A stretch of 64,000 nt of DNA from Octopus sinensis (taxonomy: Eukaryota): NCBI RefSeq assembly GCF_006345805.1, contig NC_042998.1, forward strand, positions 50,592,001-50,656,000. Reading direction: 5' to 3'. Below the pieces are notes generated by a model that was given only the letters and a program-made list of their open reading frames with translations, ran no database searches and was not told the DNA's origin. Positions 13,500 through 29,147 of this stretch are shown piece after piece. Position 1 is the stretch's first letter, and every line of letters begins with the position of its first letter. The translations under genes were made by a program, and so were the position numbers.

Positions 13500-15140
13500 A
13501 TGAAATTCCTATTCATAAGAACCTTCACATTATTCCTCACAAGGGAAACTAAACAAAGAAATGAATAGAATACAACAAACTCTTGTCAATAATATTATAT
13601 GCAAATAATTTAGTAGACCAAACTATGCAATAGAGAAACCGTTTAAACACAATAAATACAACAGACACAATATCCAGTGAAAGCATAAAAAGCACACGTA
13701 TAAATTGTATCATCTGAAACAAATGCGCCTTGGCTAAAGAATACATGAATCGTTGTTGAAAAAACTCGTCAAGCACAACATAACATATATTTACAGACAA
13801 TCATAAATAACATTGATAATATGTTGTAGAAATATACATAAAAAATATATTTAAAAAAAGCATATGTTCATCAATCTTCTACTACAAGCTATTGCTGAAG
13901 TCTAGTAGTGATGCTCAGTGGGTGCCCTTGTAATGTTTTCAGTAAGAAACTTGTTAGTGAAATCAAAATGTTTCGAAAGGTTTTTCACTGTCTATTCTGG
14001 TAGTGTTACCAGATCAGATTTCCTTAAAAGACATCGGCATCAATTCAGAGTCTCATAGAGTGGGATATCATTGCTGCCGAGCGATTTAAACGACACAACT
14101 CGGCTACAAAAGGAGCCATGGCAGTTAAGCAAAAACCGAGATCAGACAAGCTGGAGAGAATAGTGGGTTACGAAAATTCGGAACTGCCGGTTTATTAGGA
14201 GAGGATTCTCAGTCGCCAGCCCAGTGTGCAGCAAAATGTTTTGTGTCTGTACTAGTCTTGTCAGCCACTCCTAAACACATGGTCTGGATGTGAATCCATG
14301 TAATAACATGATCGCATCGATATAGATAAACGAAAAGAGTGAGTGATGTGCTATCGATGAGTTCTTTTCGCAGTCGTTCAATCTGATAGAGATTCTCCCG
14401 AAACCCCAACGCACCGTCTTTAAAAAGGATCGGACATATTGTAATCTTTTTTACATTGCCTGGAAAGAACTGACGCGATAGCCAATGACAGATTTTTTCC
14501 GCCATTCATAATAGATGATGGGATGCAACAGCTACGTCAGTTGCTGTTTGGATGCTAAGACAATCGAACAAAATAACATATCTGAAATGGAAATATTGTC
14601 ATGACTCACAATCTTAGAAACAAGTGCGCCTTCTCAAAATGTATGGGGCTGGAAAAGGACTCCCGTATGAATTGGATTTTACAAAAGCATACTGTTAAAG
14701 AAAGTGAAACACAGCCAGAATCATGAATGAGAATATTATCAAATGCCAAAATATGTTCAACGACAGTGGAACTAGCAGATAGAAAAATAAAGGCGATCCA
14801 ACTATAACATAATTTTTAGCTTGTCCGAAGGGTCGGCATCCCATTTTCCTCTAGAACAATATTTCAAAGTAAAAAATGATTTAACCAATGTGTCCGGAAA
14901 ACTAATTTACGTAATAACATGTTCAGGACGTAAAGGAAATTACATGGACAAATTGGGATGAAATTAAGAAACGTATGAAACTACATAAGGCACAAATTCG
15001 TATCACAGCTAGGCAAATATCTCATAGGGAACATATAGAATTATGTGCGTATAAGCGTCAATGAAATATAAAAATTTTTCCATTTATATCAGTGTAATGA
15101 TAAGACAACTGAACAACGGCGGTTCAACCAGGTGTTTACA
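13500..15140 (+). mobile_element. Highly decayed Penelope-like element (GIY-YIG endonuclease remnant)
   Basis: 14860-15090 translates to FKVKNDLTN..KLIYVITCSG..Y.....LRKRMKLHKAQIR...EHIELC...IKIFPF. The upstream linker-like LPKPQRTVFKKDRT lies at ~14390. The 5' boundary is approximate. Confidence 0.6.
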
Positions 15141-15669
15141 TTCAGTGAAAAATATTAATTGCCTTTAAATATGTGTACTAAGTCAATGAGTCCACGTTTA
15201 ATTAATAGATATATTTATTACACAAGTTTGCATGATTTTCTATGCTTAAATGTTTACATAACTTTTTAAAACAATTATTTCCTTTGATTTCAGATCTGTT
15301 ATTAGCTTTTTCCATCAGGTTTAGCTATTCTGTAATAAAGTTTTGTTTCTTTTTCTGTATTATGATATCAGAGAATAAGATGACAGTGATTATCTGATTT
15401 ACTTTGCTCTATAAAATAGATTATAAACCAATGCTGACCTAATATTAGTAAAGGTAAACTAGCAGCCAATATAAAGTTTATTAAACAATCGTTAGCAACT
15501 CTGACTGATGGCGTAACCTTGAAAAATTGTGTAAACAATTGCTAACCGATGCTTTCGTGTTGTTTTAGTAGTTCCAAAGATCAGTCGTTGGTGACATTTA
15601 TGTATAAATTCCGTTTCAAATGAATGTATATAGACGAAAGTGTGTGAACAATCCAGGCATATTCTGCTT

Positions 15670-16235
15670 CATTTGTTGCAGGTATTTTGTCATTAAGCAG
15701 AGACAAAATATAACCGATCTTGTGAAAAATGTATACTACGCTTACTTTGGTGTTAAACTCGGTGATGAAGACAAACCTTGAGTTTCACACAAAGTATGTC
15801 GCAATTGTGGGAAAGGGCTGAGACTCTGGAAAGCCGATAAAAAAAACAGAAATGCCCTTTAGAATATCAATGATGTGGCGGAAGCCGAATAACCACGTTA
15901 ACTATTTCTGCATTAGTTAAGTTGATGGGTACAGAGTAAAAAATAAACATAAGATAGTGTATCATAGTACTCCTTCGGCTATACGGCCTGTTGCACACAT
16001 GAGCCGGATTTTAAAAATGAGTAAAACTACTTTAAAGCCATGTTCATATCTTTTTTTATTATTCTTATTGTCATTTGTTCTTAATTTCATCATATTTTTA
16101 TCTAAAAGTCTGCCACAAAAGGAATGAATGACAAGAAAAATTATCATATCTTTGGCAGACGTTTGTGCAAAATCTGTACGTGATAGGCAAAAACTAAAAA
16201 CATATTTGAAATCAGAATTAAATAAAAAGTTCCGA
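15670..16235 (+). mobile_element. Chapaev3-type (CMC) DNA transposon remnant
   Basis: Translation QRQNITDLVKNVYYAYFGVKLGDEDKP*VSHKVCRNC..LRLW...MWRKPNNH..YFC...PSAIRPVAH matches the recalled Chapaev3 N-terminal zinc-finger region. Confidence 0.7.
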
Positions 16236-16567
16236 ATCACCTTTAAGTAGACAATCATCATTTACTTCTTTTGAAAATGCAGACTTGTGTTATCAATAAT
16301 TCAAGAACTTTTTCTCCCTGTACTCTAACAACATTTCTTTTTATTTATCACTGCCGAAATTATGAAATTACAACAATGCCATGATTACAAAGCCATGATT
16401 ATCAATAAAAAGTAAAACCGGTTGTAGATAAGAAGATTATATTTTTATTGTAAAGTTTTATCAAATTTTCAGTATATTTTCTTTATTTTCTATATAGTTT
16501 GACTCGTATAGAATTTCTTGGGGTTTTCTTTACACCACGCACATTCATACATACTTGTGTGTATGTG

Positions 16568-16620
<53 letters not shown>

Positions 16621-17134
16621 GTGTATGTATGAATATATGTGTGTGTACCTATATGCATTTTTATTTATTTATATAACTGTAAAATAATCAGTAGTAAGAA
16701 ATACTTCTTCGTATGGCCCAACAATATATCCATCTCACGTGAAAATTGCGAACAGTTTAGCAGTTTTTGCAGCAAATTTAGTATAAGATAGGTAATAATG
16801 ACAACTGCAGGTATACATTTAAAAATGCATCTATTATTTACTTCATGTCATTAATGATTGCCCTATTGTGAAAATTAAGCAAGCCCATTTTGTTTTATCC
16901 AAGTTTACGTACACTATAAATGGCCAATAGCTATTATTCTCTCAAAAAAACAACAACAAAAAAACAAGTAAGCGATTTCTGATAAAAAGGGTAAAAAATT
17001 AATAAAACTAACTAAGCCTATTCCATTTTACTTGATGCAAAGAAGAAATACATTTAGTATAAACATAGTATATATTCTTTACTATGTGGTTTAGTGTTTA
17101 GTTAAGTATAGTATCTACCTGTCCACTCCTCTGA

Positions 17135-17290
17135 TTGTCGCTTCTTGTTGTGGTGGAGGGGCTTGTTGTGTGGACTAATGACTCTGAGAGTGATGCCGTC
17201 GGTAATTCTAAACTCCTTGAAGAGGGCCACCGTTGACGGCAAGATCGAAGACGAGAAGCCAGAGTAAGCTTTATCAACCCCCCAACCCCG
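17135..17290 (+). mobile_element. Probable RTE (Expander-like) 5'UTR fragment
   Basis: CTTGTTGTGGTGGAGGGGCTTG...AATGACTCTGAGAGTGATGCCG...AGGGCCACC...GGCAAGATCGAAG..GAAGCCAGA follows the recalled layout of Expander/Rex3 5' ends. Confidence 0.45.
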
Positions 17291-17532
17291 AGAACTCCAA
17301 TGGCAGAACAAGCGAACGATGATTACAACAGATCTCAACGGTTGAAACAACAGACGAAGAGGGCTACGCATCACCGTCATGCTACAGAAGTCGCCACTCA
17401 AAACTATAACTGTGTCAGCAGCAGTTTGTTACAGTTTTATAACTGAATCGCTATCTTATGGGGACGTAAACACACTAACATCAGTTGTCAAGCGCTGATG
17501 GGGGGGGGACAAACACAGACGCACAGACGCAG

Positions 17533-17575
<43 letters not shown>

Positions 17576-17699
17576 ATGAAAAATACACATTGTGTACAGG
17601 ACATCAACAAAGAGTGAAAAATACGTAAATACACAAGAGATAAGTAGAGGACAAAATACCCAAAACATACAAAATAAGTACAGGTGATGTCCTGTACAC

Positions 17700-18090
17700 A
17701 ATGTATATTCTTTATTTTATTTATTCATAATCGAACGCCGCGCAGCCTTGACCACAGTTAGTTCTTACTCATATATATATATATAAGAATTTTTTGCGTA
17801 ATGAGATAAAATACCAAGGCTGTGTAGATATTATAACATTTATAGATAGAAGGTCTCACAGCTGTTTCTAGGATATTTATTAATCATATCCCTTCATCGG
17901 AGACGGTGTGAGAGGATGGTTAAGTCATAGTTAGTTCAGATGTGATACAAAATAGAGAGTGAGGTGGAGGAAAGAAAATAGATATGATATATGTAGGGAT
18001 ATTGAATTTGTAGATTCATTTTTTAGGCAGAATGGTATACATGTAAGATTCCAATACCTTATGAGTAAAATCCAACAGAATTTTAAATGC
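17700..18090 (-). mobile_element. PLE 3' remnant: GIY-YIG C-terminus plus pseudo-LTR with an HHR-like motif
   Basis: FKILLDFTHKVLESY...PKK...SISLHI followed by GUCU CCGAUGA A GGGAUAU..AUAUCCU A GAAA CAGCUG UG AGAC at 17904-17853. Confidence 0.55.
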
Positions 18091-18095
18091 TCATT

Positions 18096-21760
<3,665 letters not shown>

Positions 21761-21768
21761 TGTGTGTA

Positions 21769-21782
<14 letters not shown>

Positions 21783-21804
<22 letters not shown>

Positions 21805-22150
21805 GAGCGAAGCGGTCTTCGTCTTGTAGTAGGAGAAGTCCGAAACGTGGTCCTTTGCTATTCGTAAAACCCGCAGAAGAGAAAGCAGGTCAACCCCCGA
21901 CACCGAGAGCATCGACGAATGGATGAATGCGCATCCAGGCTCAGCGGTTGCGTAGAAAGTTGGGGACAAGAAACAGGAAGAAAGAGTGAGAGAAAGTTGG
22001 AGCGAAAGAGTACAAACAGGGGTCGGTTACCACCCCCTGCCGGAGCATCGTCGAGCTTTAGGTGTTTTCGCTCAATAAACACACCCATCGAAACTGCGAT
22101 CCTCCGACCGCGAGTCCGCTGCCCTAACCACTGGGCCATTGCGCCTCCAC
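21783..22150 (-). mobile_element. tRNA-headed SINE (head A plus tail 1)
   Basis: Same GTGGAGGCGCAATGGCCCAGTGGTTAGGGCAGCG head as 36159 but an unrelated 3' half. Confidence 0.8.
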
Positions 22151-22523
22151 TGTTGCTGCTGTTGCCTCTGTTATTACAGTATTGTTGCTGTTGTAGCTGT
22201 CGATGCTGCTATTGTTGTTTTTATTGCTGCTGCTGTGCTGCTTTTACTGCTGCTCCTGCTATTATTGTGTTAACTCTAAATCGGCTATGATTCAGCACAC
22301 TTATGATTAAATAAGATTAAGAGAGATTTGGTTGCAATTACTAGCAGATCGAACGAAGACCTAGATTCTATTATTCGTTGGCTGCGACGTGAATTAAGAG
22401 ATATTTCGCTACTATGACAAGCAGATCGAACGAATACCTAGATGTGTTTTCGATGGCTCAGAACGTGAATTGAGAGAGATCTAGCTGCTATTACTAGCTG
22501 ATCGAACGAACAAACACCTAGAT

Positions 22524-22884
22524 CAGTGTTTCTCAACCGAAGTCTAAATGGGCCCCTGAAGGTCCATATAAGATTTCTGGTGAGGTCCACACAGAAAAAT
22601 CGTAAATTAGAGATACACAATAGCAATTTTAGGGCCCCCGAAAAAAAATTTGCTTTAGATTTATGTATTGGCATGAATTGCACGAAACAGCTAGGTTTCT
22701 TTCTTTAACATTTTACATAGTTTAACCTATAGAAATTAATGTGTGAAAAAGAAAATAGGAATTTTGAAAGAAGTTTCTATAAAACTAATTTTTAAACATC
22801 GAATGACTATAGGGGTCCACCAGAATATAATAGTGATCAAAAGGATCCATAGATAAAAAAAAAAAAACTGGTTGAGAAACCCTG
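22524..22884. mobile_element. hAT (Charlie-like) MITE, 361 bp
   Basis: TIRs CAGTGTTTCTCAACC and GGTTGAGAAACCCTG. Exact 8-bp TSD ACCTAGAT at 22516-23 and 22885-92. Confidence 0.93.
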
Positions 22885-23355
22885 ACCTAGATGTTCTTTC
22901 ATTGGCTCTTGTGAATTGACGTTTAATCAAAATATTTGATACGAGGCATCACACATCAAGCATAACAACCATGTTTGAATATCTCCACGACTGAGAAGAA
23001 AAAAAAAATGTCGTGTGTTTCACTTCAAACGTATCGATATTTGCTTCTTCGTTCAAAAGCCAAATATTTGATGTTAGCATTCTGTTTTCATAAGGTTTCA
23101 AACATGCCAGACAAACACCGAATCGCTCAGCTAAGAGGGAACGATGACTGTTACAGTGTCAGCTAAACAATGATGGTGTAGTAAATAGGAGTTAATTCTT
23201 ACTAAGAAGAGGTTCTAAGTAAGTATCTGCACGTGTACGCACGGGCGTTCACGTGCAAAGATAATGTGGCAAGTGAAATGGTTTTTGTCAACTGGATTGC
23301 TGCCTTGGAATATCTCCGTTTTGCAGAAGGGTGACTAGAAAAATTTATATATATA

Positions 23356-23390
<35 letters not shown>

Positions 23391-23392
<2 letters not shown>

Positions 23393-23600
23393 CGGGAAGC
23401 TTTATGAAAATAAACAAAAGACGAAGGCAGGTGGAGAACAAACGAACAATTGTATTAGTATGGCGCTCAGGAAATATAATAAAACAAGTCTTTAACGTTC
23501 GAGCCTACGCTCTTCAACAGAAAGATACACAGAGAGAGAAAAACACAGAAAGAAGGAGAGAAAAAAAATGCGTGCAGTAGCTAACGAATCAACATGGCGA
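23391..23600 (-). repeat. ~200-bp (TA)n-bounded repeat with an HHR-like motif (copy 1)
   Basis: Homologous to 40741-40917. Motif CUUU CUGUUGA A GAGC-GUAG-GCUC GAA CGU UA AAG at 23524-23490. Confidence 0.6.
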
Positions 23601-23608
23601 TATATATG

Positions 23609-23664
<56 letters not shown>

Positions 23665-23705
23665 TATATATTATATATATATATAATATATATATATATA
23701 GGTAT

Positions 23706-23781
<76 letters not shown>

Positions 23782-23935
23782 GCACGCACAGGCACATATG
23801 TATACTCGGTCAGATAAATATGTATGCATACATAAATATTTGAATAGATAGATAGATAGAGAGATAGACAGACACACGCATAAGACACACACAGAGAGAC
23901 ACACACACATATGCACACACACACGCACACACACA

Positions 23936-23966
<31 letters not shown>

Positions 23967-24426
23967 CAAACAAACACGTTAATGTTTTTTTCTGTTTGCT
24001 CATACATAAAAAACAATCAAATATTGACTGAAAGTACCCTCAAAGCACTCAAGCAGGGTATAAAATGCGGTTTTACAAGAAAAATATTGACGATGACATC
24101 AGAGATTCTCAGATGACTGTCTTTGTGAAACAGTCAACAAAGCCATCTAAGTGAAAACTTCGAAGCTACTGCCAAATATTTCGTTATACATACATACATA
24201 CATACATAAATACATACATACATGCATACATACATATATGAGCATATCTATATATGCAATTATATGCATGAGAATACATACATAAAGCAAAATATATAAA
24301 TCTGCACACATACATACATACGTACATACATGCATGCATACATACATACATACATACATACATACATACATACATACAGACAGACAGACAGACAGACAGA
24401 CATACATACATACAACAGACAGACAT

Positions 24427-24465
<39 letters not shown>

Positions 24466-24526
24466 GGCAGGCAGGCAGGCAGGCAAGCAGGCAGGCAGAC
24501 AACCAGATAGACAGACAGACATACAG

Positions 24527-25480
24527 AAACATTGATCATCAAAGCTGTCTATCATGGATTAATAGCCGGATCATTACCTCCCACTTTGAAGGGTATGTGT
24601 TTGCAATCCAAGAACAGGAAATATCAATCAGATACCTGGTGCACAAAAGGGATAGAGATGCAGGAAAACAGTAAAATGTGACAACCCGATGCAGACTTTC
24701 TGGAGTTAACACCGAAAATATCACCCACATCATAAGCAAATGTCTGAAAATGTCATCACCGTATTATCTACTGATGAGACATGATATTGTTGCTAGGATA
24801 CTCTATAATGAAATCCGTCAGAAAGATAACCCCGAGGACAAAGAAATAAGAACCCACAATAAGGTAGAAGCCATAGCCTCTCATAATAAAAAGGAGTACT
24901 GGTGGAATGTCCCAGTGAAAAACTCAATAAAATGTAAGCACAACAGACCTGATATAATGACTTGGGATAAAGCAAGAAAAACTGTGTACGGTTGTGGAAA
25001 TTAGCTGCCCAGCAGATGCTAACATAAAGCTGAAGATTAGTGAAAAATAGAATACCTACACCGAACTATTGAGAAATCTTCAGTTACTTTATCCAGATTA
25101 CAAGTTCAGGTTCATAGCTGTAATTATTGGGGCGCTGGAATATGTAGCACACTGCCGAAATACCAATCTTGAGGAATTAGGCTTCTCAGAACCAGAGAGG
25201 AGAAAGCAAATTCGAAGACTACAGATCCAGTACATCACAGGAACTGTAAAAATCTGTAAAACTTTCCAGAAGTTTATCATTTCAATATATATGAGCATGT
25301 CTAGATGTGCAACTATATGCATGAGAATGCATACATAAAACAAAACATAAAAATCTGAACATATACATACAAACAAAAATACCCTGTTGTTGATGTTGAA
25401 ATTCCAATGAAACAGCCTTGCATCTAGGGTAGAAACCGATTCTTTCTCTATTAGCAAGAAATCTTGAAAACTGGTCAATT
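24527..25480 (+). mobile_element. 3' fragment of an R4/Dong-like non-LTR retrotransposon (CCHC knuckle plus restriction-like endonuclease)
   Basis: Translation gives EGYVFAIQEQEI...CRLSGVNTENITHIISKC...RHDIVA...WWNVPV...HNRPDI, then (frameshifted) EISCPAD...VIIGAL...GTVKICKTF. Contains stops and frameshifts. Confidence 0.85.
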
Positions 25481-25554
25481 ACACATTCATACATACGTAT
25501 ATACGAACAAGCATACAGACAATTAGACACATACATTCATATATATATATATTA

Positions 25555-25682
<128 letters not shown>

Positions 25683-26814
25683 TGAGTGTTTTGCGTTCTT
25701 GTCCCATTTTGTATTTTTATATATATTTTTATACATATATATATATATATACCTATATATATATGAATGTGTATATATTCATATATATTTGAAGTATGTT
25801 TCTTGCACAGCTCTCTTTTACTACAAAACTAACCTGGGAAACGAGGTCGGGTCGCACAATTTTGAGGTCGCTAGCTGGTGGATGCAAATCTGCCTGAACA
25901 ATTTTTGAGTCTTAAAGCATGAGAACATGTTTGAAATACGTGGAGTTTTACCAGGGAATGAAACTTCGAAGATATACCGTCAATTTATTAATATTATATA
26001 GTAGATAATTTCTTAATGTGAAGTATGTTTGTCTGCGTTTTGTTTAGCCCAGAGTTGCCTCTGTTGTAGCAGACCCATCGCATACTATTTTTCCTTCCTG
26101 AAATACTGTACATTTGTCTTTCTTTAGATGAAAGGGTGTGTTTAAAGAGAGATTTGGCTACTATTTGTAATGGCTCAAGTTACCACAGAGACATCTGTAT
26201 ATGTGCGTGCGTGCGTGCGTGTGTGTGTGTGTGTATTTGTGTTTTTGTTCTGGGAAAAAAACACTTTTTCTCAGAATATTTTGCCCTATAATTACGGCTA
26301 ACCATTCAACTTCAAATTACAATTGTTAATTACTGGAAGTCAAGTAGACTGAGATGTACATATAATGTTGTCGTTCAGAGTGGAAGTTCAATACGAAGTT
26401 ATGAACTCATTATCTTGTGATTTGTAATCCATAAATCCTTAAATCTGAAGCCATTAAGTCTTTAAACATTATTTCACTAGGTTTAGTCTTTTTGACGGTC
26501 AGCATGACGGGGTATCATCTTCAAAAATTTAATTAATCATACGGACCTCAGTAGGTATTTCAATTTGGTATTTAGTTTATAGATCTGTACTTGATGAACT
26601 TTGGGACATAGTGGGACACAATACTCGATTTAACAACAAGTACACACGCACACATAGATGTTAGGTGCAAGTATGACTATGTGGTTGAGAAGTTTGTTCC
26701 CCAACCACATGGTTCCACGTTCAATCTCTTTCCATGATACTTAGGGTAAGTGTTTTCTACTATAGCCCTAGGCCAACTACGGACTTGTGACTGAATTTGG
26801 TAGACAGAAACTTC

Positions 26815-26971
26815 GGCGTTGTTAATCAGAAAATGACCGAAAAACATGTTTATAAAGAAGTGCTTTTTGTTTCATACTCATCGCGTGCCGATTCTGCCCA
26901 TAACAAAGGAACAAATAATACAATGTTGATGTAGTTCATAGCACCCGAGCAACGCCGGGGTGCCTTACTAG
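26815..26971 (+). mobile_element. Helitron 3' terminal fragment
   Basis: TEKHVYKEVL (helicase C-terminal motif), hairpin CCCGAGCAACGCCGGG at 26944-59, and CTAG|T at 26968-72. Confidence 0.75.
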
Positions 26972-27055
26972 TAAAATATGTTTATAAGCAAAGAAAGGAT
27001 GAAGAGATAGACAGACAAACAGACACAAACATACATACATACATACATACATACA

Positions 27056-27084
<29 letters not shown>

Positions 27085-27088
<4 letters not shown>

Positions 27089-27560
27089 GGTGGCTGCCCC
27101 CTCGTTATCGAGTATGGCCATTGCATGAAGCTTAATCAATGTTGTTATCGTGCAATGCCTGTGCAAGAAGATTTTTTACAGTGAGGAAAGGTTGTGCACA
27201 GAGTCAATCCCACTCACTAAGCAACAGCAGCCATAATCCGAAAAGAAGAACAAATCAACATCATCGGTAACCACTGAGCAGCAGGTTTTATGTCGGAGTT
27301 ATCCCAGTTACCTGAGTTACACTCTCCTAGAAGGATGCCCTAACAAAGGCTAGGAGTCCTTCACTCCCAATGGTTTAACCGCGCGATCGGGTATTCAGTC
27401 CAATTATTTCTATGTCCCCGCGCATGATACAGCCTTAAGACATTTATTGGATGGCCGTTGACTTTCAAGAGTTCCTCCGCCCTTTGACGGGTTTTGTTTT
27501 TCATCCCGCAGAGTGACCAATAAACACCCTCTTCACCAAGCAAGCTTGGTGAGGAGTCTG
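27085..27560 (-). mobile_element. Short RTE-derived retroelement
   Basis: GC-richer block ending (minus strand) in CTCGATAACGAGGGGGCAGCCAC next to (TATG)n. The other end ACCAAGCTTGCTTGGTGAAGAGGGTGTTTATTGG resembles RTE leader sequence (recall). Confidence 0.4.
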
Positions 27561-28459
27561 TGGTTTGCCTAGGGCTATAGTAGAAAACACTTGCCCTAAG
27601 TATCATGCAGAGAGATTGAACGTGGAACCATGTGGTTGGGGAACAAACTTCTCAACCACATAGTCATACTTGAACCTAACATCTATGTGTGCGTGTGTAC
27701 TTGTTGTTAAATCGAGTTAAATGCATACATACATACATACATACATACATACATACATACATACATACATACATACATACATGCATTTTGTCGCCGATTC
27801 TTTAGATTTTCATCCCACTTAAGTCAGTGGTTGAGAAAGCAATAACTACTTGGTAACCGCGTCAATGCAGCCACCTACATCAAAGATGAAAGCAACATAA
27901 AGCTAGCGCCACATACACGAAAGTAAACTACAAATCAACACCAGTGGTAAAGAAATAATAATGAACGCCTGACTATATATATGGTAATTATATCATCGCC
28001 GTTGAAGTAGATTAAAATGAGAAATTAATTATATAATACTATAGACACAGAGTCATCAACTAATTGAGTCTTTCTTGTAAAATGAAGCAATGCAATTTGG
28101 GAAGAGATTGTGTGGAAGAATTGACAAAGGGAAACTGGAATATTAGAATATGAGACAGTCGACTAACTTTAATTTAAGCATGGTGTGTCACTGTAGACTT
28201 CTGCTTACGTTGTTTGCTTCTGAATGGAGAGGAACATATATTGAAGATGAATCATACAGTAAATAAAGGAACAGGCATGAAATACAATGCCCTGGATGTA
28301 CTGTGAGAATGATAGATGCACATTTCACTGTAGTTACAGCTTGTCAGTGTCGCGAACCTCAGGCAATGGTAGATGCAAACCCAATGGTAACGTTTTGGTT
28401 GGTTAAATGTCTCAACCAAGGATATACTACTCAAATACATAAAGTGCGTTAATGTGTAT

Positions 28460-28578
<119 letters not shown>

Positions 28579-28729
28579 TGTGTGTATATATATTTATATT
28601 ATATAGAGGGCAATATTACACATAAATGCCACACGCTAGGAGGAACTCTTAAAGTCAAAACTACTAAAATAAATAAACATATTGTACCGAATGCAACTCT
28701 CGAAGCAAGTCATTTAAAAACAGAATTCA

Positions 28730-28795
28730 GCTGCAGATCACCTGTGATTTCGTAATCAGTGCAGTGGTTTGCACTCTTTACTCATCAGTGTAAGC
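28730..28795 (-). ncRNA. Type I hammerhead ribozyme candidate (AUC site)
   Basis: GCUUACA CUGAUGA GUAA-(AGUGCA/UGCACU)-UUAC GAAA UCAC-AG-GUGA UC UGCAGC. Confidence 0.7.
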
Positions 28796-29060
28796 ATAGT
28801 TCAAGATTTATAATGAATGAATAAAATCAACATACTAGACGAACAACCATCGTATCCAACGTAGTATCTAGAACTGTTCACCCCTTATTTATACATCTAT
28901 GTAAATGGCGCGCTTTTTCGAATTACATTTCGGTAACAACGTGCTTATATCCTACTTAAAAATAGAATTAAAATATCCTGTTTTTAAATGATATATATAT
29001 GAATATATATGAATATGTATATATATATATATGTCTATATATATATATATATATTATATA

Positions 29061-29133
<73 letters not shown>

Positions 29134-29147
29134 TATATATATATATA

